From positions 186,001 to 250,000 of IMG/VR virus record IMGVR_UViG_3300020202_000061: 64,000 nucleotides of DNA; one strand, written 5' to 3'. The notes below the pieces were generated by a model that saw only the letters and a list, made by a program, of their open reading frames with translations, searched no databases and had not been told where the DNA came from. Of this stretch, positions 52,644 to 62,075 are shown piece by piece (position 1 is the first letter of the stretch; each line of letters begins with the position of its first letter). The position numbers and the translations under genes were made by a program.

Positions 52644-54941
52644 ATGTCAGCGATTCGATTCAAGAATTTCTCCCTCCACACCCAGATCATTCAAGCAGCG
52701 CCGACCAAACTGGTCGAGCCCGCGCTGAACCATGTGATCGTGATCGACGTATCTGGATCGATGTATTCGGACCTGCCCGGACTCCGCACCCAACTCAAGA
52801 ACAAGCTGGTGTCGCTGGTCAAGGACCAGGACACGGTGACGATGATCTGGTTCTCCGGCCGTGACCATTACGGTGTCCTGCTGGAGGGAGAGCCCATCCG
52901 CACCCTGACCGACCTCAGTCAGATTCACAAGGCCATTGACCGCTTCTTGGTCCCGCAGGGTCTGACCGGATTCAAGCAGCCCCTGGAGGAAGTCTCCAAG
53001 GTGATCGGCCGCCTCAGCAAGAAGAACAACCACGGCTTCTCCATGTTCTTCATGACCGATGGCTATGACAATCAGTGGGGACAGACAGAGATTCTCAAGG
53101 CTGCGCAGGCGCTGGAATCGCTCCTGGTCAATGCAACGTTCGTCGAGTATGGCTGGAACTGCAACCGTTCACTGATCACCAAGATGGCCGAGACGGTCGG
53201 TGGCAACTACATATTCTCGGAGAATCTCTCGGCGTATCAGGTGATCTTCGAGAAGGAACTCGCCAAGCGCTCGGGTGGTAAGAAGATCGAGGTTCGACTC
53301 AAGACCCCGGCTGCACATGGGTTCGTGTTCGCTCAGGACAAAGACGGCGGCCTGATCACGTTCGCCGTGGAGAACAATTCCGTGCGTGTGCCGGAAAACA
53401 TCCAGGAGATCGCCTATTTCACCCGTACTCGTGATGGCGACAGTCTTGATCCCACCGAGGATGCGGTACACTGGAGCGTCTATGCGGGCCTCGCCGCGCT
53501 ATCCCAGCGCATGATGTCCACGGAAATCTTCGACATCCTGGCGGACCTCGGCGACGTAGCCCTGGTGAACAAGTTCGTAAACTGCTTCTCCAAGCAGGAT
53601 TACTCAGAATTCGAGGCAATGGCCCTGGCTGGGTCTCGCGATTTCGTACACCAGTTCGTCCAGGGTCGCGATCTCAACGCGGTACCGCCGGAGGACGCCT
53701 ACACCGTGCTGGAGGCATTGCGTGATCTCGCCGATGATGACGAGAACCTTCTCTATCTGAACCACGAGGCGTTCGGCTACAAGCGCATCGGCGCGGCTCG
53801 CGTGGACGTGGCCGACACCGTCACGGACAAGGAAATCAATCTGCTCGCGGAGAAGGTCCGCAACGCCAACAAGGCTGATGACCTCAACGCGATCAAGGAT
53901 GAGATTGACGCGCTCCAGGCCAGCAAGGTCAAGCTGGTGTTCGAGAAGCACGACAAAGACGCGGGTGTTCCGGTCAGCAAGCTGGTCTACAACAGCGACC
54001 GCCCGAACGTCAGCATCCTGACCCGCTCTGAGGGGTCGATCAAACTGCCGGAAAATCAGTTCAAGAAGCTGCCGGAACGTATCGATTCGTTCATCTACCG
54101 TAACTACACGATCATCCGCGACGGTATCGTGCATACCCGCGTGCTGCCGGTGAGCCTCGCTAAGGACACATTCGATCTACTCCAGTCCGAGGGACTTCTC
54201 CAGGGTGAGACCTACAAGACTGGTCGGGTCTATGTGCTCGATCTGAGCCCGCTGCCGGTGATCAACCGCCAGATGGTCAAGAGCGTGACCGCGAAAGACC
54301 TCTGCACGAAGCTCTGGAAGCTCCAGCAGTTGAAGGCGGAGCAGAAGGTGTTCAACGACGCGTTCAAGTCGGACTTCGAGCGTGTCTCGGAGAGCTTCGC
54401 CCTGCTCTACGGCGAGGATGCGGCCGATTGGCTGAAAGAGATCGGAATCACCGACTACAACGGGTTCAACCCCAAGACCGTGGCCGGTGCCTTCGACGAT
54501 GTCTACATCGCGAAGATTCTCAAGACCACCATCAAGGGGCTGAGCAGCCTGCCCAAGGTCGAGGAAGTCCGCAAGAAGCTGGCCACCCTTGGCGGGAAGA
54601 ATCCCAGGGATGTCCTGACCATTTCTCAGTGGGTCATGGTGCCCGCATTGGAACGCCTGGACGAGTTCAAGGCGAGCAAGGCATTCCAGTCCAGCAAGAA
54701 CCAGGACGCTCTTCTGGGCACGTGGTTGGACGCGGAGAAGGCCGAGATCACCAAACAGACCCGTGCCCTGATGCTGGAGATCGCGCAGATCAAATTCGCC
54801 GTCGTGGTCGGTCATGTGTGGTTCCAGGACCTGGGATCGCTCGACAACACTACATACGAACTGGACGTGGGCTTCCGCGAGAAGGCCCTGTTCAACCTCC
54901 TGCTGGAGGACAAAGAGATCGGCGGCAAGGACAAAGACTGA
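52644..54941 (+). CDS. N-terminal vWA-domain protein (765 aa)
   Basis: MIDAS DVSGSM, T, FMTDG. Confidence 0.85.
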   Translation: MSAIRFKNFSLHTQIIQAAPTKLVEPALNHVIVIDVSGSMYSDLPGLRTQLKNKLVSLVKDQDTVTMIWFSGRDHYGVLLEGEPIRTLTDLSQIHKAIDRFLVPQGLTGFKQPLEEVSKVIGRLSKKNNHGFSMFFMTDGYDNQWGQTEILKAAQALESLLVNATFVEYGWNCNRSLITKMAETVGGNYIFSENLSAYQVIFEKELAKRSGGKKIEVRLKTPAAHGFVFAQDKDGGLITFAVENNSVRVPENIQEIAYFTRTRDGDSLDPTEDAVHWSVYAGLAALSQRMMSTEIFDILADLGDVALVNKFVNCFSKQDYSEFEAMALAGSRDFVHQFVQGRDLNAVPPEDAYTVLEALRDLADDDENLLYLNHEAFGYKRIGAARVDVADTVTDKEINLLAEKVRNANKADDLNAIKDEIDALQASKVKLVFEKHDKDAGVPVSKLVYNSDRPNVSILTRSEGSIKLPENQFKKLPERIDSFIYRNYTIIRDGIVHTRVLPVSLAKDTFDLLQSEGLLQGETYKTGRVYVLDLSPLPVINRQMVKSVTAKDLCTKLWKLQQLKAEQKVFNDAFKSDFERVSESFALLYGEDAADWLKEIGITDYNGFNPKTVAGAFDDVYIAKILKTTIKGLSSLPKVEEVRKKLATLGGKNPRDVLTISQWVMVPALERLDEFKASKAFQSSKNQDALLGTWLDAEKAEITKQTRALMLEIAQIKFAVVVGHVWFQDLGSLDNTTYELDVGFREKALFNLLLEDKEIGGKDKD

Positions 54942-55177
54942 TGTCATCGACCACCTACCACACCCAGTGTACCCTCCAGAAGAAAGACGGTTCCACTCAG
55001 ACCAGTTGGATTCCCAGCAAGTTCGCCAACCAGGACAAGTATGTCCAGTTGAAGAAGGACGATGGCACTTGGGATGATGGTTGGAAGGTGATCCAGGTCG
55101 GAACGAAGATGCTTTCCAAATTCATTCAGGAGCGCACGCAGGACTACAAGAACATGCGTAAGATGACCGACATCTAG
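54941..55177 (+). CDS. hypothetical protein
   Basis: TGATG coupling; SWIPSKFA. Confidence 0.6.
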   Translation: MSSTTYHTQCTLQKKDGSTQTSWIPSKFANQDKYVQLKKDDGTWDDGWKVIQVGTKMLSKFIQERTQDYKNMRKMTDI

Positions 55178-55193
55178 TCGGTCGGGGGATTCT

Positions 55194-55442
55194 ATGTGGG
55201 GACTACTCAGTAAATTTTTCACGGATTCGAAAACAACCCGATTTGTTCTTCTAGCTCTGTTCGGGTGTTTCCTGGGTCTGTTGGTGGTTTCGGTTATTGT
55301 CGGTGGGGGTGGGCTCATCGCGATGATGGCGGTCGAACTCGGAGCCAGTGCCGAAGGCCATTCTGCGGCATGGGTGATGTCGTCGCTGTTCATCGGAATC
55401 GCCACTGTTGTGGTTCCACTAATTTACTCGGGGATTGATTAA
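55194..55442 (+). CDS. membrane protein
   Basis: hydrophobic helices. Confidence 0.6.
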   Translation: MWGLLSKFFTDSKTTRFVLLALFGCFLGLLVVSVIVGGGGLIAMMAVELGASAEGHSAAWVMSSLFIGIATVVVPLIYSGID

Positions 55443-55443
55443 G

Positions 55444-55668
55444 ATGTTGACGATTCAGAACCCGGACTTGGCTCCGGATCAGCTAAAGCCGTTCATCCCG
55501 AATGGCGCGAAGTGGTACGCCCTCTATGAGATCGGTGACAATCCGCAGGACTACGCCTACTATCGCAACCTCCTGAACCGCCTGCTCCCTCTGGCCACTC
55601 GTGAGTTCCAGGGCAAGCCTCTCGGTCTCAAGGATAAGAACTATCTGTTTGCGGTCGGAATGACCTGA
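55444..55668 (+). CDS. hypothetical protein
   Basis: coupled ORF. Confidence 0.5.
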   Translation: MLTIQNPDLAPDQLKPFIPNGAKWYALYEIGDNPQDYAYYRNLLNRLLPLATREFQGKPLGLKDKNYLFAVGMT

Positions 55669-55722
55669 TAAATTTTTGACGACCTCCGATAAATAGTATC
55701 GAATTTTCGGAGGACATGAAAC

Positions 55723-56148
55723 ATGGGTTTGGATTTTTGGAATACCTTGACGCGCACGTATAATGCCAACGATTTCTCCGTGGTGTTCACGGACAAGGAC
55801 TGGGAGCCGGGCTGGGACAAGAAGCTGTCGGCTCAGATTGCGTCGGCGTCGTTCAACTTGGTCAGCAAGACCCTGACTATCCGTGTGAGGCAGACCAAGG
55901 ACGATATCGTCCAGGACCTGCTGTTCCATCTGTTGACGCCGGAGACGCAGGAGATCGATTCGGTTGAGTTGAAGCCGATGAGCGGCGACAGTCACTCCTG
56001 GATGTTTGTCAAAGGCAAGTTGGTGGATCACTCCTGTGGGTTCGCCTATGGTGATCCCGATCCGGCCTACCACACGTTGGTGATCCAGTTCGAGGAGATC
56101 AACTTCACCACGGTCATGACCAAGACGGTTCGGCTTAAGAGGGCGTAA
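55723..56148 (+). CDS. late protein, possibly tail-tube-like
   Basis: TAAATA and GGAGG upstream; beta-rich with a final xIQF strand. Confidence 0.5.
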   Translation: MGLDFWNTLTRTYNANDFSVVFTDKDWEPGWDKKLSAQIASASFNLVSKTLTIRVRQTKDDIVQDLLFHLLTPETQEIDSVELKPMSGDSHSWMFVKGKLVDHSCGFAYGDPDPAYHTLVIQFEEINFTTVMTKTVRLKRA

Positions 56149-56373
56149 GTGAGCTACGATATCGAGCGCAAGCTGATCTACACGAAGGAAGAATCCGGCC
56201 TCATTGATGATGGGGTCGAATTCTTTCCGGCCGAAACCATCACGATCTACCTGAATGATCTGGACGAGATCGAAATCACCAAGGTTCTCTATACCAAACC
56301 CGTCCGGATTCAGCATTTCAAGCTGGATCGAGTTCTCCGTGATCTCATCGCCAATGCCAAGTGGGAATCGTGA
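56149..56373 (+). CDS. hypothetical protein
   Basis: coupled ORF. Confidence 0.5.
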   Translation: MSYDIERKLIYTKEESGLIDDGVEFFPAETITIYLNDLDEIEITKVLYTKPVRIQHFKLDRVLRDLIANAKWES

Positions 56374-57005
56374 ACTGGTTCGATCTACCATTCTTCGAAG
56401 TCGAATTTGAGCAGACCCTGCAACGTGTCCTGGATGAGCAGGTTGAAGGCAAGTTGGTGCTGCCCGATCTCGATGATATTCTGAACGCCTACCATACAAC
56501 GCCACTCGACAAGGTCCGTGTGGTGATTCTTGGCCAGGACCCCTATCCGACCCCTGGTCACGCGCACGGATTAGCATTCTCGGTGCGTCCCGAGGTGGAG
56601 ATTCCCGCATCACTCAGAAACATCTACGCGGAACTCCAGGACGATCTGGGTGTAACCAGGGTCACGGGTAATCTCCAGGATTGGGCCGAGCAGGGTGTAT
56701 TCTTGTTGAATACGAGCCTGACCGTGTTAGCGGGTTCGCCGGGTTCCCATCAACGATATTGGACAAGTCTGATTCGGCAGACCTTAGAGGCTGTTAGCAG
56801 CCACCAGGAACACGTTGCGTTCATCCTCTGGGGCAACCCAGCCCAGGGGAAATCCGTCTACATCAACCGTCGCCAAAACCATCTGATTCATCGATCTCCA
56901 CATCCGAGCCCGCTCAGTGCCAGAACTGGATTCTTTGGATCAAAACCCTTCTCTAAGACTAATATTTTCCTTGACAGTCATGGCATTCGTCCGATATTCT
57001 GGTGA
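56370..57005 (+). CDS. ung: uracil-DNA glycosylase (family 1)
   Basis: ILGQDPYP..AHGLAFSV, LLNTSLTV, HPSPLS. Confidence 0.95.
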   Translation: MNWFDLPFFEVEFEQTLQRVLDEQVEGKLVLPDLDDILNAYHTTPLDKVRVVILGQDPYPTPGHAHGLAFSVRPEVEIPASLRNIYAELQDDLGVTRVTGNLQDWAEQGVFLLNTSLTVLAGSPGSHQRYWTSLIRQTLEAVSSHQEHVAFILWGNPAQGKSVYINRRQNHLIHRSPHPSPLSARTGFFGSKPFSKTNIFLDSHGIRPIFW

Positions 57006-57208
57006 TCATGAATTTGCGAAAAACCCTGAGCAATATCGGTTTTACTCTGACCATGGGTGGGTTGGCCTATGGAATGGTATTCTTGATCGGGGCCATCGCA
57101 CATCAAATGAGTCTCTACGAAAATATCGCCTTTTCCGGAGTTTGTGCCCTGATCTCGACGGGCATGACGATGATGGCGATGATCAAGAATCCAAAACTTC
57201 GAGCTTAA
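57005..57208 (+). CDS. two-TM membrane protein
   Basis: hydrophobic helices. Confidence 0.55.
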   Translation: MMNLRKTLSNIGFTLTMGGLAYGMVFLIGAIAHQMSLYENIAFSGVCALISTGMTMMAMIKNPKLRA

Positions 57209-57224
57209 CGCGTAGGGGGAACGA

Positions 57225-57677
57225 ATGCGTACATCACTGCTTGGACTGATGCTGATCGTGTCCGCCTCGACCCCGGTCCTGGCCGACGAATACGATCACG
57301 AGAAGGCGTTGGTCGCGGTGGGCTTCTCGACGTTGGTCGGGAACGACTCAGTCACCTGGGACACCCAGGATGGATTTGGCCGCTCGATTACCGAGGTCAC
57401 AATCACGGAGCCGAACGGACGTGAGTGCACCTATGTGAGTGTTGATCTCTACCCGAGCAATCCCGGCTACATGAACGCAGCTTGCCGCCGGGACAACACC
57501 CAGGATTGGATCGTCAACGAAGCCTACAAGATGGACGTGCAGGAATTACCTGCACCACAGCCGTTGTGCCGTCAAGTCAGGGTCAGCATGATCGGCGTGG
57601 CCACAGGCCTTCTGACCCGCATTGGCACGTTTTGCCAAAACAGTCAGGGTGTGTGGAATCTCCAGGAAATCCGATAA
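57225..57677 (+). CDS. exported protein with 17-kDa-antigen-like C-terminal repeats
   Basis: signal peptide; C......AC....W twice. Confidence 0.65.
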   Translation: MRTSLLGLMLIVSASTPVLADEYDHEKALVAVGFSTLVGNDSVTWDTQDGFGRSITEVTITEPNGRECTYVSVDLYPSNPGYMNAACRRDNTQDWIVNEAYKMDVQELPAPQPLCRQVRVSMIGVATGLLTRIGTFCQNSQGVWNLQEIR

Positions 57678-57719
57678 TTTCCCTTGACAAACCCCGGAGT
57701 TTCCTGTAGACTCCGAGGT

Positions 57720-58394
57720 ATGGAAAATAGCCGCTTCGCCTCCGTCGATCAGTATCTCGCCGCCCTCATCCGGGCTTGGCCCACCCTGTTCGCGAGCCGC
57801 GAGGATGCGCTCCTGCGGGTGGCCACTCAGTCCTGGAACGACAAGACGGGTTGTCCCTATCGGGAGGATGATGACTCCGAGAAGGACCTGAGCCAGACTT
57901 TTGAAGAGATTCTGGCCGAAAAGCGCGGCAAGCTCGGCGGCCGTGATCGCTCGACGCTGATGGATAGCTTCGATCATCGCATGGCCCTGGAACGGATGCG
58001 CGAGAACCACGACGCGCTGTTCACCCGCAACAACGCCGATCTGATCGCCACGCTGGAGGGCGAGTTCACGTCTCCGCCCAATCTGTCCATCTACAATGTC
58101 AATCGTTGGCCTGCTACCATGACTCCGGCCTGGAAGGCTGCGATGGTCGAACTGGCCGACCGCATCCTGGAATACCGGGATGTTCAGGTGGACAAGCACA
58201 CGGAGAGTCCGATCAGTCGTGATCAGTATCGTGCCGGTCTGAAAGAGGCTCAGGCGGCGGCTCGTGAAATCCTCGCCCGGTTCGCGCCGGAGCGCTTCAC
58301 CCAGGCACAGAAGCAGGAGCGCGATCAGGAAGTCCAGAAGCTGCGCTATGCGGCCGAGGCGCTCGGCTACAAGCTGACCCCGGTACAGCAGTAA
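57720..58394 (+). CDS. hypothetical protein
   Basis: promoter at 57684 and GAGG RBS. Confidence 0.65.
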   Translation: MENSRFASVDQYLAALIRAWPTLFASREDALLRVATQSWNDKTGCPYREDDDSEKDLSQTFEEILAEKRGKLGGRDRSTLMDSFDHRMALERMRENHDALFTRNNADLIATLEGEFTSPPNLSIYNVNRWPATMTPAWKAAMVELADRILEYRDVQVDKHTESPISRDQYRAGLKEAQAAAREILARFAPERFTQAQKQERDQEVQKLRYAAEALGYKLTPVQQ

Positions 58395-58711
58395 TGCACA
58401 AGACAGCCGAACAACTCCGTGACAGCCACCCCGCGACCTTTCGACGATTGCTGGAGGCGAGCACCCACACCACACGGATAATTCGAGCGGCTTTGGATAA
58501 GGGAATGTCTGGTCCTTCTTTGATGGACCCCGAATACGCGAAATGGTCAACCATCGAGAACCGCATGGGTGATCGGCTCTACGTCAAGGCGATCAAGCTG
58601 CCGTTGGCCGAAGCCAAGCGGTTCATCGCGTTCTTCCCACCCTGCGTGGAGCGGGCCTTCCTTGCGGATTGGGTCCGGCAACAGGAGAAGGCGAATGAAA
58701 ACCGCCAGTGA
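58394..58711 (+). CDS. hypothetical protein
   Basis: TAATG coupling; paralog-like to 58695..59000. Confidence 0.55.
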   Translation: MHKTAEQLRDSHPATFRRLLEASTHTTRIIRAALDKGMSGPSLMDPEYAKWSTIENRMGDRLYVKAIKLPLAEAKRFIAFFPPCVERAFLADWVRQQEKANENRQ

Positions 58712-59000
58712 ATTTCTTTCGGTGTATCAGACCGATCTGGACACAATGCGTCGTCAGACGAATGTGATGAACCAGATCATCGCCGACTACGAGGCGCTGG
58801 GTCAGGTTGAGCTTCCGGCAGACGATCCCCGATATCGAGCCGCATTCAAGACAAAGCTCCGTCTCGGAAAGGAACTCTTGGCCGAGATCAAGCGACTCCC
58901 GCTGGATGAGGCGATCATCGTCTACAACCATTTCCCTCATGGCGCACACCGGTCGTTTCTGCGGACGTGGATCGCCGATCAGGGAGTTCTGGTCCAATGA
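58695..59000 (+). CDS. hypothetical protein
   Basis: shares IKxLPL.EA...FP....R.FL..WI with the upstream gene. Confidence 0.55.
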   Translation: MKTASEFLSVYQTDLDTMRRQTNVMNQIIADYEALGQVELPADDPRYRAAFKTKLRLGKELLAEIKRLPLDEAIIVYNHFPHGAHRSFLRTWIADQGVLVQ

Positions 59001-59305
59001 AGCAGATCGAGATCATTCCCATTCAACATGGGATTCCGTGCCAACCAGGGAACGCCACAGCATTTCGCTTGGACGTGTTCGGGATGTACGTCGGGAATTT
59101 TTCGACCGAGTCAGAAGCACAGGAAACGGCTGACAATCTGGTCGCCGGAGTGTTTCCGTCGAATTTCTCACGGGAGTTTATCGACCTGTTTCTGAACAAC
59201 AAGAAGGTCTGGCAGGACCAGGAAACAGAACGACTCGCCGATATCCGTTCCGACGCGGATTGGGAGGAATTATTGTGGAATTCCTCAACGGGAGCCCCGG
59301 AATGA
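58997..59305 (+). CDS. hypothetical protein
   Basis: ATGA coupling. Confidence 0.5.
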   Translation: MKQIEIIPIQHGIPCQPGNATAFRLDVFGMYVGNFSTESEAQETADNLVAGVFPSNFSREFIDLFLNNKKVWQDQETERLADIRSDADWEELLWNSSTGAPE

Positions 59306-59568
59306 CCCGCGATTTCCAAAAGTTTCACAACAGCCTCCGCATCATGTACAGCCTCGATTTGGCTGATCTGGTCGAGGCTGACGTGCTCCCGAAGCATGAG
59401 GATGGCAGTTTCAACACGCTCGGCGTGATCCTCTCCTACGAGCAGTTCCACCAGAACCCGATGGGTTGGCTGGTTCAGACCGCCTCCGATGAACAGGTCG
59501 AACGTCTCTGGAACTTGATTGAGTCCCGTCAACCTAACAATCTCAAGGGGGAAGCCAATGTCTCATAA
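59302..59568 (+). CDS. hypothetical protein
   Basis: ATGA coupling. Confidence 0.5.
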   Translation: MTRDFQKFHNSLRIMYSLDLADLVEADVLPKHEDGSFNTLGVILSYEQFHQNPMGWLVQTASDEQVERLWNLIESRQPNNLKGEANVS

Positions 59569-59770
59569 CGGCCATCTGACCGTGCTGTGCGAGGTCGAGC
59601 GCTACTTTCAGCGCACTCGCTGTGTCTCGATCATGCCGGTCCCGCACCCGACTCGTGTTGGCGCGAAGGTGATCCAGGACGAGATCGAGTGGATCGTTAC
59701 TCGCATCATCAATCCGACGCCGATGACGCCGTTCGAGGCAGCGGCGGCCGACGCCCATGCCCACTCTTGA
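59558..59770 (+). CDS. hypothetical protein
   Basis: GGGGGA RBS. Confidence 0.45.
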   Translation: MSHNGHLTVLCEVERYFQRTRCVSIMPVPHPTRVGAKVIQDEIEWIVTRIINPTPMTPFEAAAADAHAHS

Positions 59771-59957
59771 TCAGACCTACCTCCTGTGTGACGTGGCCTG
59801 GAACCACTTGAAGGCTCGCACCTACATCCGCCAGCGTGAGGCGGTGCCGGGAGAAAAAGGGATCAACTTCTTCGGCACCATGTGGGATGTGGTTGCGGTG
59901 GTCGATCCAAATCCGATCACTGAGGAACAACTGAGGCACCAATACTATGGATACTGA
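59757..59957 (+). CDS. hypothetical protein
   Basis: overlapping series. Confidence 0.45.
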   Translation: MPTLDQTYLLCDVAWNHLKARTYIRQREAVPGEKGINFFGTMWDVVAVVDPNPITEEQLRHQYYGY

Positions 59958-60171
59958 GCCACAACGGATCATCCGCCGTGTCATTGCTGGTTTCTTGTTC
60001 GGGAAACCACAGATGGAGATCGCCTGTTCTGATCCCTGCTGCGAGTACCAGCTTGGTGCATATGACCAGGACGAGGAACGGCATCGTGAGGGCAACCCCC
60101 ACTACCAGGGACTCTGTCTGAATCATATCGACGATCAGCGCCGGGCCGACGAGGAAGTCTATTGGCTATGA
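59947..60171 (+). CDS. hypothetical Cys-containing protein
   Basis: GAGG RBS. Confidence 0.5.
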   Translation: MDTEPQRIIRRVIAGFLFGKPQMEIACSDPCCEYQLGAYDQDEERHREGNPHYQGLCLNHIDDQRRADEEVYWL

Positions 60172-60458
60172 GCAAGACCTCCTACGTGATCCACGTGAAC
60201 CGGCAGGTCATCGCGTTCAACGCGAAGCACGGGAAGCCTCTCCTGCCTCCGTATATCGTCCGCAGGGGCTCGAAGCCCTCGGTCTACGGGTTCGGTGTGG
60301 AGATCACCGGCAAGACCATCCTGGTCGATCCTAGGCGGCACAAGCCTCTGAAATGTGGTGCTCGCGCCTGGATCGCATGTGATGGACCCGTAAAGATCAC
60401 CGATCCGATGAGTTTCCGGGAGGTTGAAGCCCTTCGGAAGAAGCACGAGTCCGCGTAA
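60168..60458 (+). CDS. hypothetical protein
   Basis: IHVNRQVI..N...KPLKCGARAWI pattern. Confidence 0.65.
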   Translation: MSKTSYVIHVNRQVIAFNAKHGKPLLPPYIVRRGSKPSVYGFGVEITGKTILVDPRRHKPLKCGARAWIACDGPVKITDPMSFREVEALRKKHESA

Positions 60459-60512
60459 ATACCGTGGTATTTTTTCCTGGATCGGCCAGGAAAACCATGG
60501 TATAATACGCGC

Positions 60513-61028
60513 ATGAGGCGATCTCTAACCACTGCCATAGCACTGGTTCTTGGCTTCCAGGCAATCACCGCCGATCTGGCGAGCGCCGCTGCCAATACAC
60601 CTATCCAGGTCAATTGGGGTGCCGTCGAGTTCTATGGTCAGAATCACGACCAGATGTCTCAGGGAGAGATCAAACCAGCCCAAATTGAACCCCAATTGAT
60701 TGCTGCCGCCCAGGACGTGTTGAATCGGAGGGGCATCTACATTCCCGAACCGAATGGTCGGGACAAATGGAAGATTTCCTGGATCGGTGACTGTGAGGAT
60801 CAGGCTCTGGCAGTGATGAAGTGGCTGAACCAGAAGGGTGTACCGTTGGAGGCGATGAGGATCGTCTATACCCCGCCCACGAAGAAGCGCTTGGGCCACG
60901 CCATGCTATGCATCTGGGACGCCGAACGCGGTCCGATCTGCATCGACAGCCTGAGCAAAACTCCGACCTTTCTCAAGGATAAGCCCGGCAAGTGGTTTGA
61001 GGCTCTCTCGAACAAACGCGTGAAATAA
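60513..61028 (+). CDS. transglutaminase-like cysteine protease (BTLCP-like), exported
   Basis: signal peptide; GDCEDQA...GHAML...ID. Confidence 0.8.
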   Translation: MRRSLTTAIALVLGFQAITADLASAAANTPIQVNWGAVEFYGQNHDQMSQGEIKPAQIEPQLIAAAQDVLNRRGIYIPEPNGRDKWKISWIGDCEDQALAVMKWLNQKGVPLEAMRIVYTPPTKKRLGHAMLCIWDAERGPICIDSLSKTPTFLKDKPGKWFEALSNKRVK

Positions 61029-61097
61029 TTCACTACCTCGTAAAAACCTCTTGACTTCCCTAGGATGCCCCGCTAAATACCCGTTACCAACTTCGTT

Positions 61098-61174
61098 GGG
61101 CGCGTAGAGGAGAGGCCGTCCTCGGCACCCTGTCACGGTGCATATCGCGGGTTCGAATCCCGTCGCGCTCGCCA
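61098..61174 (+). tRNA. tRNA-Asp(GTC)
   Basis: cloverleaf, G73, CCA. Confidence 0.92.
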
Positions 61175-61255
61175 ACGAGGGCCGAACTGAATCGGATTAT
61201 TGTTCTTCCAAAACAAGAGGGATAGCATCCCACCGGTTCTCAAATTTGCCCTCGT
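61175..61255 (+). ncRNA. minimal Y-RNA-like element F
   Basis: ACGAGGGC(C)GAA/TTTGCCCTCGT; GGATTATTG. Confidence 0.62.
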
Positions 61256-61261
61256 GATTTT

Positions 61262-61339
61262 CTGGGTGTAGCTCAGCTTGGTTAGAGTGTCGTGTTCGGA
61301 ACGCGAAGGTCGGAGGTTCAAATCCTCTCACCCAGACCA
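61262..61339 (+). tRNA. tRNA-Pro(CGG)
   Basis: CTGGGTG/CACCCAG-A-CCA; TT-CGG-AA. Confidence 0.92.
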
Positions 61340-61344
61340 GTTTT

Positions 61345-61572
61345 AGTAGGAATCTGCGGGTTCATGTCCCCGAGTGTTGACATGATGGCGGCTGGTAGCC
61401 GAGGCAATGAGATTCATGCAACCACCCTTCGGGGTGTATCTCAGGCCGGTTCTCGGACCTAAACCGAGTGGTGGAAGGAGCGCGAGGACGTGCGAATCTC
61501 GCCCCCGGTTCCCGGACCTAAACCGGGTGGAGACGGTGATCCGTTGGGCGTGCCGGTGCCCTAGTACCGGCG
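61345..61572 (+). ncRNA. unassigned structured RNA with twin ACCUAAA hairpins
   Basis: CTCGG-ACCTAAA-CCGAG and CCCGG-ACCTAAA-CCGGG. Confidence 0.5.
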
Positions 61573-61576
61573 ATTT

Positions 61577-61653
61577 CAGGGTGTAGCTCAGCTTGGTTAG
61601 AGTGCCGTGTCGGGAACGCGGAGGCCGGTGGTTCAAATCCACTCATCCTGACC
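61577..61653 (+). tRNA. tRNA-Pro(GGG)
   Basis: CAGGGTG/CATCCTG-A-CCA; TC-GGG-AA. Confidence 0.88.
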
Positions 61654-61829
61654 AATTAGATCACCTGGATAGGTGGCCCATGAGGGACCGATTCCAGATG
61701 ATATCCACGCCTGCGGTTTACCGTAGGCCCCGGCGGGCAGAGGAAACTCTGGCCCGCCGTTTTCATTAGGGCTTTCTTCACGACCGGTGGCTTACCATCT
61801 ATCCAGTAAATATTCTGGGGGAAACCACC

Positions 61830-62075
61830 ATGAATGAGATCGTCGATCTAAAGCGTCGTGCCGGAATCCACAAAATATCTCGGTTGGATAATCCCGAGGG
61901 GTATCTCCAGGCGGTGCTCGATGCGAAATTGGAACTGGACGACTTCAAGAAGTCTATCCAGCATCTGACCTGGACGCCCGAGTTGGAAGCGAAATTCACC
62001 GAGGTATTCGCGTTCATGGATCAGGCCCTAAAATCGGGGATTGAACAAGCCACGAATCGTCGTCGTAACTCTTGA
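61830..62075 (+). CDS. late protein with KRRAGI motif
   Basis: TAAATA upstream; MNEIVDLKRRAGI. Confidence 0.65.
   Translation: MNEIVDLKRRAGIHKISRLDNPEGYLQAVLDAKLELDDFKKSIQHLTWTPELEAKFTEVFAFMDQALKSGIEQATNRRRNS

Noticed and set aside
52644-54941. vWA protein as the Ro60/Rsr partner of the Y-like RNAs
   Set aside because: Ro60 has TROVE first and vWA at the C-terminus; here vWA is N-terminal and no TROVE features are recognisable.
61440-61530. c-di-GMP-I riboswitch (CCUAAA resemblance)
   Set aside because: CCUAAA sits in hairpin loops, not in a receptor internal loop, and the GCAAA junction and GAAA P2 are absent.
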